DNA of 64,000 bases from Pseudovirgaria hyperparasitica. Taxonomy: Eukaryota. The stretch lies in NCBI GenBank assembly GCA_010093815.1, contig ML996586.1, one strand, 5' to 3'. Positions 63,270-64,000 of the stretch are shown in pieces. Below the pieces are notes generated by a model, which saw only the letters and a list, made by a program, of their open reading frames with translations, searched no databases and had not been told where the DNA came from. The stretch's first letter is position 1. Every line of letters begins with the position of its first letter. A program made the position numbers and the translations under genes.

Positions 63270-63945
63270 ATGGCTACGCTCGCACGTCCTATGGCATTGC
63301 GCCAGGCTCTCCGCGCTCTGCCTAAGCCTTCACATGTCGCGTTCAGACCGTGCAGCACTCTCATCCAACGACCACTTCAGCAGCATTTCGTCAAGCAAGC
63401 TCTCCAGAACACGACCAAGGCTGTGGGATTCCATGCAACTATTCAAAGATCCATCCTCCCACCCGAACCTCAAACAGTGCTGGGCACGGTGAACGACCCC
63501 GCTCCAGTTCCCACTCCGTCGCCAACACATGGTAATTATCACTGGTCTTTCGAGAGGTATATAACTCATATTTCAATACATACTGCGCTAACTGAATACA
63601 AAAGACTTATTTCTGCCGGCCTCATTCCCCTGACAATTGCCCCATTTGTCGGAGGATCGCTCAATCCGACCCTTGACGCTGTCTTCTGCGCGACCATGCT
63701 CGTCCACTCGCATATTGGATTCCAGTAGGCGAACATTCGGATACGCCTATACAGCAGCATACACTAACCAAGCATACAGAGCCATTCTCATCGATTATAT
63801 TCCTATAAAGCGCATGCCGGGCGTGCGGAAATTCTTCATGTGGTTATTAAATGCTGCTACCGTCGTAGTAGGCATTGGCTTGTACGAATTTGAGACCAAC
63901 GACGTTGGCGTGACGGAGGCCATTAAGAAGCTATGGCACGCATAG
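63270..63945 (+). CDS. SDH4: Succinate dehydrogenase cytochrome b small subunit (CybS family); 3 exons
   Basis: Presequence, HGNYHWSFER, HSHIGFQ..IDY and YEFETNDVG motifs. Confidence 0.93.
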
Positions 63946-64000
63946 ATTGTATAATTAAGGGTATATCACAGTCAATACAAGTTATTTTGTAATCACGCCA

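Overview
Filamentous ascomycete (Pezizomycotina-type) genomic DNA with short spliceosomal introns. Bases 1-~5470 are an AT-rich block with a RIP signature. It contains the 5' part of a Tad1-like LINE, a RIP-destroyed multi-exon gene of unknown type, and a 140-bp solo LTR with a 5-bp target-site duplication. The rest is gene-dense. In order: UBA4; a C6-type transcription factor pseudogene; a multi-pass membrane protein; a choline/GABA-type permease; two ACS-family MFS transporters; a valyl-tRNA synthetase behind a MITE-like element; TMA23; a TPR/F-box/LRR protein; CTNNBL1; an alpha/beta hydrolase; a monocarboxylate-type MFS; an HSL-family esterase; a divergent rhaR-lraC rhamnose pair; a thioredoxin; UAP1; a HET pseudogene; a small secreted Cys-rich protein; a folylpolyglutamate synthase; an AsaB/CmcJ-like oxygenase; an amino acid transporter; a C2H2 protein; and divergent MAS1(MPP-beta) and SDH4. 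The best leads are an atypical ValRS with transposon-borne Gcn4/CpcA-type sites, an FPGS/oxygenase/transporter group, an apparent ACG start codon, and recurring C-rich to G-rich strand-asymmetry switches. Exon boundaries were read by eye and family calls come from recalled motifs; no database search was run.
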